Source: Tubiluchus corallicola
Lineage: Eukaryota > Animalia > Priapulida
Direction: 5' to 3'
Length of the DNA stretch: 64,000 nt
NCBI GenBank assembly: GCA_030141605.1
Contig: JAQGDQ010000229.1
Span: 1-64,000, forward strand
The position numbers were made by a program, and so were the translations under genes. Positions 14,014-28,393 of this stretch are shown here, in pieces. The notes under the pieces were generated by a model. It made no database searches. It worked only from the letters and a program-made list of their open reading frames with translations, and was not told where the DNA came from. Every line of letters starts with the position of its first letter. Within the stretch, counting starts at the first letter, position 1.

Positions 14014-14989
14014 TGTGGTATATTTCGTCATAAAACACCAATAGAATTTCCTTGATACCGTGTAATGAATTTACAGAGCTATAATATAAGTACCGGAACA
14101 AGACTTTCTCAGAATAATTTCTTACTAAATTTATATATTTATAGACATTGTGTACCACTTTGGGCGTGTGCTCCTAAATGATTTAAACTTTCAATATCTT
14201 TACATGCTCATTTACGCTTAGCGAAGCGAGTAGTTTCAGACCAGTTTCGCAAAACTTTGTCCTTTATTTTATAATTTTTTTTATATTATTCTTATTTATT
14301 TACTTATTTGTTGCGGTATGCTAGTATTAAGTCTATGACACCAAAACGTAGCTCACCAAATGTTCTCTTAAAAAATCAATGAATTTTTGGTTATTTATGG
14401 CCCTCTACTTATGATATTTTTAATATAGATATTCTACTACTTCAAATGTTTGGTTTGATTACTTTCATAAACAAGAGCACTGTTTACGAGGGAAGTGACA
14501 GTCCTTGATTCAGAACCATTGCGCAGGCCATTAATCAAACATCCCATTCGGTACCAATTATACGATTCCAGTTGACAGATTTATCACAGACGTGCATGAG
14601 TTTCGCCCGAAGAAATAAATTTTCTTGTCAGTTGCTGGCATAATTCACATGGGACAGGACAGTATTAAAAAAACTAAAGAAATGAGTGTTGTAATGAACG
14701 CGCCGTCAACATGACATGTCATAATTATTAAATGTCATAATAACATAAATTGGTGCCTTTAATTTATTTAATAAAATTATGAATGCTTGAGGCTTATATG
14801 ACTTTCGTGAAAAGAATTCAACCGCCCACGTGCAAACGCCCAAAGTGGCACACAATGTCTACAAATATATAAATTTAGTAAGATATTATTCTGAGAAAGT
14901 CTTGTTCCTGTACTTATATTATACCTCTGTAAATTCATTACACGGTATCAAGGAAATTCTATTGGTGTTTTATGACGAAATATACCACA
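14014..14989. repeat. Long inverted repeat: 158 bp arms (14014-14171 and 14832-14989) around a 660 bp spacer
   Basis: I count 6 mismatches between arms (~96%). This explains the paired ORFs 13931..14158(-) and 14830..15042(+). No clear TSD. Confidence 0.92.
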
Positions 14990-15126
14990 AGCGTCACACG
15001 AGAAACCGCCCGATCACTTCTTCCCCTCGCTTACTCCAGTGACTCCTACCTGAGCTGCTCTCTCTACCTGCTCTTCTTCTCCCTGCTCTCTAACTCTTTG
15101 TCACCTCTCTCTTTTTTTCTCGCGCG

Positions 15127-15134
15127 CTCTCTCT

Positions 15135-15205
<71 letters not shown>
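15127..15205. repeat. (CT)n microsatellite within a pyrimidine-rich tract
   Basis: Direct observation. Confidence 0.95.
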
Positions 15206-15206
<1 letters not shown>

Positions 15207-16053
15207 CTCTCTTGCTATCTTTTTCTCTCTCGCGCTCTGTCGCTCTTTTTTTCTTTCTCTCTCCTTTTCTCGAGCGCAAGAACAACGTACAAAATGGCCT
15301 TAATGGTCCCTATTTTTCAAGTAGTTGAATTCATGTGACATTTTCAAAACGATCAACATCAAATTACCAAATAGGTATAATATACCCCAGAAATTGATAA
15401 CAAACGCAAATTTCGTGTCAATGTGCGTTTCTTTAAGTTGCTAAAATGGAGCATAATTGGCTCTTATTTGGGGAAAATCAGTGATTTTTGCATCTATGTT
15501 TTCATAATTTATCAGGTAATATTGAAATTGCCTGCTAAAGTTTTATTGTATTCCATAAATTTCGCATTTTATATGTAACAAATGATCGTTTAAAGTAATA
15601 TCGAACGAAATAAATTATTTGACCCTGGTACAACGCCTCGCCTATCTTTTGCATACATGAATTTAAATGGCATAGTATTAGTTTCGAACACGCAGCTTGG
15701 AGTGGAACAGCGCCCTTACAAGCGGCTAAGGATATCATTGATAATGTAAATGAAGTTCAAACTTTAAAGAAGATCAAAAACGAATGGGAGATTTTCTTCA
15801 TCTTGTACAATTTGCTTGAAGGTCAGTTCATTTATTACCATATGATTTCCACGCGAGATCCACTTTACTTATAACAGGCAGACATAAGCGCCAAATCCAT
15901 TAACTATCAGTGTTAACGAAAAAATATATTTTTTTAATTCCCCAGGCTCGCAAGTGTAAAAAAACTGGCAGTATATTCAGTTTTTGGGCATTAATAAATT
16001 TAATTTAATGTATAGGATCTCTCATTCGTACAGATCTTGCATGAGTACTGCTT

Positions 16054-16236
16054 ATCTAGTGCCATTGTCACAGGGCAGGGCTGTGGTCTGATCTATGGGC
16101 TGCATATCTGGTGTCATCGTCGCAGGGCAAGACTGTGGTTTGATCTGAGGACTGCATATCTAGGGTCATTGTCACTGGGCAGGGCAAGACTGTGGCCAGT
16201 TCCAGGACTGCATATCTAGTGTCATTGTTACAGGGG
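16054..16236. repeat. Minisatellite, ~52 bp unit, about 3.4 copies
   Basis: Unit approximately ATCTAGTGTCATTGTCACAGGGCAAGACTGTGGTYTGATCTGAGGACTGCAT, repeated head to tail without spacers. Confidence 0.9.
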
Positions 16237-17004
16237 GTGGGGGAGGTGAGTGTGAGTTTTTTTACCTTTTTCGGTTCTCGACAACTTTTGAAGCAGTCTG
16301 GGTGCATCTTGTATTGATAGCGTATTAAGCTCATATAGCCAGCACATAGATGATTGTCCAAAGCATACGCATGTGTCTACACTCTTCCTATGCTAAATTG
16401 TCCACAATACATAATTTTGCCCAAACGGACGTTTATTGCCACTTTGAATTCATACCGCGCAGAAAATGATCGAATAATTCAAGCGGTTTGACATATTTAC
16501 TACCGAAATGTTTGCCGTTTGTTTTCCGGCTTTGTTGGCCGCGGTCACAAATCAGAAGGCGGTGGACAGACATTACAAGTTTGCAGTGAATTTATTGTGT
16601 TTATTATACTCAGGTGTGGACGGCGTTGGATGATTTATGCACCTTTAACAGTTTTTTTTGCGTGCGTCTTTTTCGCCGCTGGGGCAGAGGTCATTAACAC
16701 TTTCTGACAAACTTATGAGTTTTTAACCTTTTTTGCATCTGACTGACTATAACAAAATATAAGATTTACCAAGCTAATTATACTATATTGAATGTGTACG
16801 AATGGTTCACTAGCTAGACAGGTTCTTCTGTTATCTTCTGTTCTTGCATGCATTTACAAAACAGCTTATTTAGGTCTATAAATGTGTTATACTGTTCTCA
16901 CAGTAAAATTACTAACTTGAAAACCATTTTTTTGTTTGAAAGAATGTACAACTGTACGCTAACCCCGTTGCATTCGCTTAGTTTGATTTGCATTAGGCGT
17001 ATAG

Positions 17005-17123
17005 GAATGGGGCCTACGCCGCGTTCGAGCGGTAAATGGCTAAAAAATCCCGACATGAGTGGGATTCAAACCCAGAGATTCTGGATGAGCAGCAAAGTGT
17101 CGTGCCACACGGTCACCTTGCGT
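17005..17123 (-). mobile_element. tRNA-derived SINE, family A copy 2
   Basis: cgacatgagtgggattcaaacccaga aligns with cgacatgggtgggaatcaaacccaga at 11235. Minus-strand B box GGTTTGAATCC. Confidence 0.7.
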
Positions 17124-18499
17124 TAGTTTGGTCAGTTTCGTCAATATATACCAAAATTCATTTGATGAACAAAGGAACTTTATCTTCTTCATATAGCTTG
17201 TCACAAAACTATATACTCCATTTTAATGTTGTAATCTATTATTTATTTCCAAATTAATTTTATAATTGGGAAAATATTTCTGTAATCCAAGCTGTAAAAC
17301 AACAGCTAACTTAACGAGTCTTGTAGCCCTCACTGTATCATATCTCTTTGCATATTTTTCACCAATTTTTTACTTGTATTATTATGCTTGTTAATGATAA
17401 TGTGTTTTACATATATTGACCCTAAAGTGTTTATAAGAAAGTTAAACAGCTAACATAATTTTAACTCATTAGTCTGCTAATTGTTATTGCTTGCTAATTT
17501 TGTTTTTATTTAGACACCTATATATATATATATATATATATATGCAAGAAAATATAGTGCAATAGTAACAATATTAGTAATTAAGTTTTTCTTTCTCAGA
17601 ACATAATTGGTTATATTTTATGTAGTCTTTTCAGCATTCTTTACCAATTTGTCCCTTCTAAAAAGGCCTTTTTCCATTCCTTGATGAGATAACAAGGCAG
17701 ATTTCACTAATGGTCAATACATTACAAATGGTAATGATGATGATATTGATAGTGATGGTGCCACTGCTGTTGTTGTTAACTTTATTATTGTAAATTTTTA
17801 AGTTTCTTTGTCAATTTCAGGAGCAACTTATGCCTCACTTTAGAACAGTAAATTACAACAGTGTCACGTCGAGATATGTCGCTGTTGAGCTCTGTACTGT
17901 TTCTGCTGTGTTGCATACAAACAATTTCTTGATTATTTTAGCTCTGACCATGAAACAAAACATTTCAACAAAGTCCAATTTTCCAGCAAAAATAATTATT
18001 ATGTCATGCGGTTTTTCTATAGCTCGACTGATAGTTGAAAGTGATTGGTTTTGACTCGTTGACAAATGAACTAGCAGCTTGCGCTAAAACAGACAAAATG
18101 GAATCATCGGGCAAAGAAAATCAAATTGGATGTACGTCAGAATAAATTAGTGGACAGCGTCATTGTGGCAAGGTCGAACAACAAGTGGAGGAAATGCCTA
18201 AGATGTGATTGAACAGGAAGAAATGTTTAAGATTTAATCAATATGGAGTTTAGTGTCTGTTATGGTCAATTTCCAAGCAAATTTCTTTTTATCGATTTTT
18301 TAACTTTTTTTAGAGAGGTCTACAGTATTTAGGCTGAATGTTATTAAAAATCTGGAGGCTGTTGTAAAGAATCGCTGTCTAGGTCAAGCCATACAAAGGT
18401 TGTAAAAAATTTATAGGAATGTGAAACTTACCACACGTATATTTTGCTGCAAACATTACAAAGACATAATTTGATCTTATTAGGATTCCTCCTGCTAGC

Positions 18500-18810
18500 T
18501 TTCTGTCGTTGTCGTTGTCGTTGTTGTCTGTCTGTCTGTTTGTGTGTCTATCTGTCTGCTTGTGTGCTTTCATGCTTGCTTGATTGTTTTCCTGTTGCTG
18601 TTGACAATGTTATTTGTGTTCTCCTAGTTTGATATCCTAGTTACTGTTGCCACTGCCTCTGTTGTTGATGTTGTTGTTGTATTGTTGTTGCTCCCTCTGC
18701 TACTGTTGTTGCTGCAGTTGGTATTACTACTACCTGTACCGCTTCTCTGTTACTGCGGTCATTGATGCTGTTACTATTGCTGTAGCTGTCGCTGTCGTTG
18801 TTATCACCAG
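18500..18810. repeat. Degenerate compound low-complexity tract (GTC/GTT/CTGT/CTG)
   Basis: Direct observation. Confidence 0.8.
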
Positions 18811-19813
18811 ACTCAGATGAATTGACGAAGGTAGTAAGTTTTTCTTTCATATAAATTTCGATCAATTCCGACTTTCACGTATAATGTTGTTTCAATGTTC
18901 AATTTATCAATAGTGACACAATCCCAAACCATGTAAAATTTGACTACGTAATTCACTTTGCAAGTGCGGAATTTGTACATCCAAGTGGATCAGCTCAATT
19001 CACACACATGAAACAACTCAATGACAAACTCATCCTGACAGTTACTATGTCTCCCGAGATCACCTAACTTCATAGCATGTCAGCCAGAATTAGCCAGAAA
19101 AAAGAAGTGACTTCAATTTATAATTTTATTGGCTTTCTGGCTTATAAGTGTGTCACCTCTAGTTAGATGGGATTAGAACATGTTAGGTCGATAGTAACGC
19201 TTCCTGGATGTTGCGCATTTTGCATTTTTTTTCGTCGTTAAAAATCATTAATACACGATTGTTACGCTTTCTTGTAAAAAAATTAGTGTCAATATCAACG
19301 ATTTTTGATCTCAGACGACATGCAATGTAGATATTATACCTCGGGCCCAGAAAACACAGTGCAGCATAAATTTCTGCCGGTGTACAAAAAAATGCTGACC
19401 AAATTTCAACGAAATGCGTTTGAGTGTTGTCATGCAGTAAGACTGTATATTGCAATAAGTGATGGAAGTATTTGCCTTTAATATGAAGATGTTGCACATA
19501 AACGGAAAACAACGTTGCTTGGTATGAAAAACAGCTCAAGTTCATCAGATGAATGTTTCGAAAACCTTTTTTTTATTTTGTCGAAAATGAACCAGTCTTT
19601 CGCATTATGTGCTAACTCCAATTTTGCTACTATATAACTCGGTTTTTGTACATTCCAATATATGCAAGTGACTGCAGTGACACTACAATGCATCATGACT
19701 CGTCGTACAATAATGTTACTCGACATACCGTTGTATGCAACAGTCTCAGTGCTCCACAGGGTGTTCTCATACATGTGTCCATGCACATTTAATTAAGTCA
19801 GCAAGAAGTAGGT

Positions 19814-19948
19814 TATGTATGTATGTATGTATGTATGTATGTATGTATGTATGTATGTATGTATGTATGTATGTATGTATGTATGTATGTATGTATGTAT
19901 GTATGTATGTATGTATGTATGTATGTATGTATGTATGTATGTATGTAT
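19814..19948. repeat. (TATG)n tetranucleotide microsatellite
   Basis: Pure tract of about 33 units. Confidence 0.97.
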
Positions 19949-21916
19949 ATACCATTTATATACCATGTAAATATATACCATTTATTTCGTCCATGCAGCA
20001 TATTTTTTACAAAGACATAATAAAAAAGATAGTACAGTAGAATAGAGGCACGCAGAAATATGAAAAACATCAACCGACATACAATAAATTAAATAGAAAA
20101 AAGTGTTGAACATATATACAAATGCTACAGGTAAATACAGATGAAATCAGTACGAAAACAGCAATAATCGTGGCGCGCATTTGTACGAGTGTCGTTTCAT
20201 TACAGTAAGTTTGAGTTTTTGTCACATGGCAACTTATAGGACGGCCGTAGAATTACCTGTAGGATTAACTACTGTTGGTCCATACTATCGGATCTGGGGA
20301 GTAACTTTAGATTAATCGGGTCCATGGGACAGCTAAAGAGAATTAATGTAGAGATTGACACTAACTGACAACACCACAGTGCAAAGCGGGCTCTCGCTTT
20401 CGATAACAGACAGGTTTATTGCTTTCAAAAATTTATGGATTCACACAAAGCGCCACTATAACAATATCGCTTTCCTAGAAGCGTTGTTGTAGGAGAAACT
20501 ATTACGTCGTTCTGTTTCGGTAGATATCGTAAATCAACAGCGCCACGTTACGGAGAATCAGAACAAAAAAACTGATGAGTGCGTTGGTATCATCAGCATA
20601 ATATGAGGGGACACAAAGAGGTGCCGAATCCCTCGAAATGCAGGTTATATTGTGCCGTTTATGGTTCTTTACAACATAATTGTTTTACTGGTGTCGGCAT
20701 CCGTGCTGTTATATCATAAATCGCGCTGTAAAAGTTTTTATTGTAGAGTAGTTGGAGTACTATGCAGTCCAGCCTGCGACATTCTGTCGCCATGTATGGC
20801 CTTTAAAACTTTATCCAAGAAACATGGCAAGGCCTTGTACTTGCATTCCTATATATTGAATTTTGAAATAGTCCATTTTGGATTTACCTGGATGCCAAGG
20901 CCGGTGCAAGTAACAGGCTGCAACAGACTTCTTAGTGAATTATTATGATATTTCTTAATTAAATAATAAAAATCCCTACGTGCACATGTACAGTATATGC
21001 GTATACCGAATCCTAGGCCATGTCAGGATGGGCTTGGTGTCACGTTGGCATTCGTTGGCAAGTTGGCAGCATTAATTCTCTTTAATCTCTTTGAACTTCG
21101 ACGGATAGCCTAATGTATAAGCATGTAGCTTTTGTGAGGGATTGACTACTATTTTCTACTATTTTTAAAGAAAGATCTGCTTGTTTCTGATGAGATTTTG
21201 TACGGCACTTCTGTGTAATGGAGCCGCACCGTGAACACTTTTCAAACTATTTAAATACAATGCTTTAATAGCCTGTCCAAAACACGTACAATGCACACGT
21301 TCGTTGTAGAAAGACACCTAAATCAGATTTTCACACCAGCGCCGTTAGGTTTATGTAGGATTTGGCTTCTCCTGGAACAGTGGTGTTGACATGCAAGAAA
21401 ATTTGTAAAAAGTGAAAAAAACTTACGGCCCTCGGGAACTGCGGTATACATAGTAAAAGGACTATAAACCATTTGCTTATGTCCACTAGAAATAAATAGT
21501 ATTGAGGTTTGCAGATAAATAGTGATGAGATATGATCAACGGCTTCGTAATCCCGTAGCCAGAGCAAACTGGCTTCCGTAGTTTTTAAAATAGTTTGCTT
21601 TCTTTTTCATTTTGCTATAATGTAAAAACTAAAAAGTTTAAAATATTTAAATTGCTTAGTAAAACTGGCACCCCCTAAAACGCGAGAGATAATTAGGCAC
21701 AGAAGATAAAATAACAATCTCGTTGAGTCCATAAAAACCACCATAAAAGTACAACTTTGCAGCTAATTGGGGACTAAAATTGGATCTGCTGTTTAATTAA
21801 CCTAAGCTATATTTCATGGATGACGTTTCGGTAGCCAATGGATGAGTGACCTAAAACATGTGTGCATGTTTTTCCCATGTACATTTTTATTTTTCGTGAG
21901 AAAAAGAGAAATTATC

Positions 21917-22290
<374 letters not shown>

Positions 22291-23181
22291 AAAGTATTTT
22301 ATTGCGAAATAAAGTTACACTTACATCAGTCCATTTATGATGCAACGATCAAACTGAAAAAAATAACTAAGTACAACTACTCTCTTTTGTGTGTTTTGGT
22401 TAATATTAATTAGGCAATAAACAAAAAAATACAACATTAACCCTGATAATACTGGCATGAAAAATAACGTGTTTTGTACCAGGTGGTGTCGCTTGCAACG
22501 TAATTCGACTCCATCTAAGTTTAGGCTTTCTACTCATACATTTTTAATTTTAACAAGAGGAATCAGATTTTTATGAAATAAATTTATTGGAGTTGTTAAG
22601 CACATACTCACATTACACTATCTGGTGCATATGCACTTGAAAAGTCTCAGAACGTAAATTACATTACTATCGTATTTACTCTTATGTAAGAGTAAAACAT
22701 AAAGGCCTATAAAATGGCTTATCAGAAATATACAAAAAAAAAACAGAACCTAATCGAAATTCTAACTCAATCAGTCGATTTCATTTGTTTCAAAAATGCC
22801 TGAGGTTCCACCAATTTGCAATGGTTCATCATTGAACTTTATAAGAACATACTAGAATGAAATCCGCATCAACTGACAGAGTCGGAACTTTAATTTACCA
22901 TCATGAATTCAAGATGGTGGCATTGACATCGTTTTCTGAAAACCTGAAAGTAAACCTAAACTTGCGAACGGATGTGTACATGAACAAATTTCGCACCTGA
23001 TGATGGGATCTGATTTTTGATCCCAAATCTCGAGTTCTGTGAGTCCATCCATCTATAGTTCTAATCGAATTTGTTTACATATTTTGTTCACCAACTGCTT
23101 TGTGAAAAGACTTGCAGCTTCGAATTAGTAACAAACTTAGAGCTATAATTTGAACTTGCTTTGATATTTGCCAGTATGCAA

Positions 23182-23292
<111 letters not shown>

Positions 23293-23765
23293 GAGCAAGG
23301 AAGAGTCGAGGGGAAAGGAAGACAGGAGAGAGTGGGAGAGAAGAGAAAAAAGAGAAAAGGAAAGGTCCAAGACAAGAGAGGAGTGCGGGCAACGGTAAAA
23401 TTACAGCTGTCTAATGAACCTTTTAGTTAATAACTTACTACAGGCCCCAGTTTTTTGTTACTGCGTCATTTAGTGCTCATATCATAGCCATTAGCAGAAG
23501 TTATTATCTATTAATGTGATGAAAAATCAGCATCCGGTTCGCAAGCGTTGTTGGCAGTCGGTTCACCACCTGAGTCATTATAGTTCCGTGTAGATTTATA
23601 GGGGTATTTCGTCTTTACGTCCGATGAACTGCATTGTAATATAGGGCTGTAAAACTGTCAAAGCCTGGCTATAATGCTTGATTTGTTGTCCCTGTACTGT
23701 CATAAATCCACCATCATTAACTCTATACTGCTGACTATAAACTGCTATATGCAGATTGTGTGGAG

Positions 23766-23845
23766 GATGCCATTATTCATAATAGGGGTGGTGAAGCGAT
23801 AACATACAATAATTGGCGATGCCATTATTCCTGATAGGGGTGCTA
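23766..23845. repeat. Short direct duplication, 52 bp period
   Basis: gatgccattattcataataggggtg at 23766 and gatgccattattcctgataggggtg at 23818. Confidence 0.8.
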
Positions 23846-25430
23846 GAGAGTCGAGCATCTAAGCTAGTTTTGAACACGTCTTTGCTAACTACTGGGTACC
23901 ACTTCAGCTACAAAGCAGTAGCCTATATTGTCATGAAATCAGTATTAATCAGTAGTTCCTTAAAGTAGATAAAAAAAAGTTGTGGCCTCAAGGTGAATCC
24001 TTGTACTACATGCACAATTTATAGCCATCGTGTAAAAATAGGCAGATAATGGACAGCTGCATGCTTATGTTTAAATGGTCACAATGCTCAGTTACATATA
24101 ACTTGATTTAAGCTTCATTTGTTTAACCGGGTAAGTATTAAGTTGTATACGTCGCATACATTCTTCTTTTGGTTTCAACATCTGCACATAATTCGAAAGT
24201 TTATTCGTTATCCCGTGTTTTCCCGTAAACCGGATATCTGTACAAAACAAGCTGTTGAGAGCATTCAGCTTCAAAGAAAATCAAAAGAAAAAGAGCGTCA
24301 AGCAAGATTCGGGAGGCGGAGGACAACGTGTCTGTGTAAAAAACTTTATATCCCACTCTAAACTATTTTACTCTAAAAATTACTGCAAGATAAAAATCTA
24401 AATTAAACTTTCTGATATCTCATCACAACAGGACCTCGAAGGGCTTCCTAGCGTAGCCCTGTTCTTGATGATAACGACATATACATTTTCAAGAATACAA
24501 TATACAAATTTGAAACTTATTTAGTTTTAACTTTAAACTTGCATGATAATATATTCTTGAAAATAGTCACCACTAGCATGTCGAAATATTAAGTTACGTT
24601 TCTCAATAAATGGCTTCTCTCAATAAATGGCTTCTTTTGATTTTGTGTGACAAACGTTTTATCTATCCCACACTACCAGTGTTTTTAAACTTCCGTTCTT
24701 CTCATGGTTTACATTTTACAATTGCTTTTTATTTGCAAGTTGACTATACTACTGTAGTAACCATATGCACATTTTACAATTACAATACTTCTAGCAATTC
24801 TCTTACGCGCTGCAGCGTTTTAAAAAGCTCTAATTTTTAACATACACATTGAAGTGGTGTACAGGATCAAGTGTGTGAAAATCTAATTTTCAATTTAAAG
24901 CCGATGAAGCCAGTGATCCACGTGACCCGGTGACGTGGTGATTGAAGCCAAGCAGATCGGGAAACCAGACAATTTGCGCGTCGGCGGCACCAGCCCGCTC
25001 AAAGCCTAGAGAGGAAAACAGCAATTTGTACATCAAAGGCAAGCAAGTGGGAGAATTACAGGCCGCTAACATGTAAGGACAATCGTGGAAATGAGGGATA
25101 TCAAACGAGATTAGGCTTTTTGTTATTAGAGGTAGTGTAGTGGAACAGCACACTGCTTTAAAAGGGGAGGGAAACAGATTACTTGTAACTAGTTAATAAG
25201 TCACGCACTACCATTTCACAGAGGCGTTTGATCATGTTTTTTAATTAATAAACTAAAACAAAGGCACTACTGTTAACTGTACATTTAGATTACACAAAAA
25301 TATAAGTTATGAGGTTTTCTCTTTTGTAAAAAGCAATTTATATGAAGTCCGTCAGTGACATGGTGATTGAGGCAAGCCCGTGAATTTCTGTTCCCCTGAA
25401 CTTGAAAGGAATGTGCAAATAGTTGCAGTT

Positions 25431-25745
25431 CGTACACAGTATAGTATATCGACAACACAGTTTATATGCATGTGGTGCACCATAAGGAACCATCCTAGGA
25501 CCACCGTTTTTCTCATTGATATTAATGGCCTACCTCTTATTACTGGCTTCACTGCACGTCTTTTCACTAATGACAGGTCTTACCTCCAATAATTTATTGA
25601 TTTTACAACATGATACTAACCGACAAGGAACAAAGATCAATAATTGGATGAAAGGATAAGGATAACATGAACAAACTGTCAGTTAACTGTACCAAGTCCA
25701 AAGCCAAAATTAGGATTATGTTATTAAATAGTAAACGTTCACGCA
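25431..25745 (+). mobile_element. Decayed LINE (CR1/L2/Crack-type) reverse transcriptase fragment
   Basis: Across frameshifts and stops it reads RTQY...CGAP*GTILGP / FLIDINGLPLITGFTARLFTND / LLILQHDTNRQGTKINNWMK / NKLSVNCTKSK. This is colinear with the consensus [21 protein letters not shown]..LFADD..IxxWMxxNKLSLNxxKTK. Confidence 0.85.
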
Positions 25746-28088
25746 ATATCTCACCATTTTCAGTTTTAAACTTAAATGTATATACCGCATTCACAATTTA
25801 ATAGACGCTTGTTAGGTAGGTTACAAATGCACAGACTCTCTTCTTACGGTCACATTCAGTTCCTGATGATCACTGATCGGCTGGGCTTTTGTGCCATTTT
25901 CTGCCGTTTGTTAGTTGTTATCACTTGTCGTTAAGTACTTAAATCCTGTACATTGTGATAATGCGAACACATAACACCAACTAATGAAACATCAATCCGT
26001 TGAGAACCCACCAACATCACTTTCTCGGTTTTCAAAATCTAATGGACGTTTGCAGACCTCGGGCATTCCTAAGCTATATCTGAAAACCATTTTGTTTAAG
26101 AATGCAGAATATAATCTCAGGTATGCACAAATGTCCGACCTTCTGTTTCACATATTTTATATTCAAGGTGCAAGTGTAAACAGACCAGTCAGAATCAAAG
26201 AAGTTGTTTGTGCCTGATAATAAATTAAGGTATGGCAAGTCGTCACTTAACACGTCCGAATTAAAAAGAATTATCAGATCCAAAAACCTTTATGGAAATG
26301 TATTTTCGAGAAATACTTCATGAAATTGAAACATTACATGAGCAAACGTGCTTATTTTACATCTTTCTACCAGCACACTTGGTCTACGTCGTAATCAACG
26401 CCCCAGGACCACAGCTGTTGGCAAAGAAGCACAGTGGCAATACTTGGTATATAAATGGTGCAGGAGTAAAAAACCTTGGGATGGCTTTGGGATAGTCACT
26501 AGGATATATAGATTAAATAGAGGCTAGTGTCTGCGGGACGATGCAGGAATTTGGAATCTAAAATGCAGAGCTATTTTTTTATACAATTCAGAATCTAGCA
26601 TTCAATCGCAGGTCCTACTTAAATCAGTTGGTCGTGGCAAGACTGGAATCTAACTCATTATCAACTTATCAAGGTTATTGCCACTAAGATGCGCTACTGA
26701 TCCGCAAAAGATTCTTAAAGAGATATAATAATCACTCATTAATCACTGCCTGGTGACTTCTTCAACTTTTAATCTCAATAATTCTTGCACTGCGCTAGAG
26801 TAGGCAGACCTTTCCTAATCGCTGCACCAATATCGCATGACAAACCGCTCCCAAAAAAGCGTAATTGAACACGTCTTTTCTCGGCGGCGCAAAGCAAAAA
26901 TTGATACGCCACTAATCACCGTGACTTGTGAGCAGTTCAAAGCGATCCGCGAGAGCTTATGCGCTTTAATTTGAGACAATATATTTGTTACAGCAGAGAT
27001 CAAAGGAACGAGGCAAAAATCCTCGCCACTTTGCTTGTGTAAGCTTTTTACGCCAAAGCTGCCGAATATAACGCAGTCGAAAAATACGGCCAGTAATCCC
27101 AGATCAGAGCAGCGTTTCTCTGCTTTTACTTTTCGCGATTCTGCCCGCAGGGGGTAGCAGGAGCGGATCACGGTGTGCCTGTGACACACAGCATAAATTA
27201 TTCACACTTATAGAAAATTGCCACAACTGTTGAAGACTCTACAAATGTCAATATTATAAATCATCAGCTCTGCATGACTCTTGACATACAGCGGGGTTAA
27301 ATTTTCAGTCGCTGTCTCGTCTGAGCTCCCTGGAATAATGAAGCTACCACTCTTTTTGGGGGGGTTTCAAAAGGTACGTTTCGATGCTGCCCTGCCTGTG
27401 CCAGAAAGTACATGCAAAAAAACACCGAAAGAAAAATAATTTGCAATAATATGTTGTGCAAATGATTCGGAAGATTGGGTAATGGGTTATGGCTTCTCGT
27501 GCCTTGCAACTTATGAAGAAATGACAGTTTAATAATGAGCTCGATTAAGTTGTCTTGAATTTTCTCATGAACACCCTGCAATTTTTTGAAATGGAGGACT
27601 GTGTGTAATTTTTTTTTGTTTTCTACAAGTAAAAATAATGTCACAACAAGTATAAAGAATGTCTAAGTATACCACTGCCAGCAATCATTCAATACATATT
27701 CTTAGAAACTGCGTAAACCAGGCTGCTTCTTTTTAATCACAGTCGGAAAAACACAGAATTTATAAGTATACTATAAATACGTAAAGCAAGATGACTTCTA
27801 CTTTCAACATTTTGAACCTGATTTAGGCTTTCTTGGATTTTAGATTTGCGTAATTTGTGGATTTTAGATTTGTGAATTAACAAAAGTTGTGAGGGAGAAA
27901 TACAGTCTAATACTAAGTGATGTTTCATGAATTACATGTGCAAAATTCCTAAGTGATATTTTTAACCTGCTTATGCAACCTAGCTAAGTTGACTAAAATT
28001 TTGTTATTAATTATTATCTGGTTGCTAACTTCATTCTGGTATTAATATATTTAATCTTTTACTGCCAATTTTATTGCCCATCTTCGTG

Positions 28089-28393
<305 letters not shown>

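Noticed and set aside
13931-15042. Two near-identical ORFs on opposite strands (HNVYKYINLVR...)
   Set aside because: By-product of the 158 bp inverted repeat. No protein features.
15545-15610. Minus-frame KRSFVTYKMRNLWNTI resembling a LINE C-terminal LWN motif
   Set aside because: Single short motif without supporting upstream RT sequence.
16054-16236. CRISPR-like array
   Set aside because: Units are contiguous with no unique spacers, the context is eukaryotic and no cas genes are present.
18085-18215. Plus-frame TKWNHRAKKIKLDVRQNKLVDSVIVARSNNKWRKCL resembling an RTE LINE C-terminus
   Set aside because: Only W...WR spacing matches, which is too weak to call.
20570-20645. Hammerhead-like CTGATGA...GAAA, also CTGATGA plus a hairpin at ~22997
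   Set aside because: Stem II does not close directly between CTGATGA and GAAA, and stems I and III are missing.
24119-24361. WFQ-containing ORF as a possible homeobox exon, also tggtttcaaaa at ~31090
   Set aside because: No NRR or other helix-3 residues follow.
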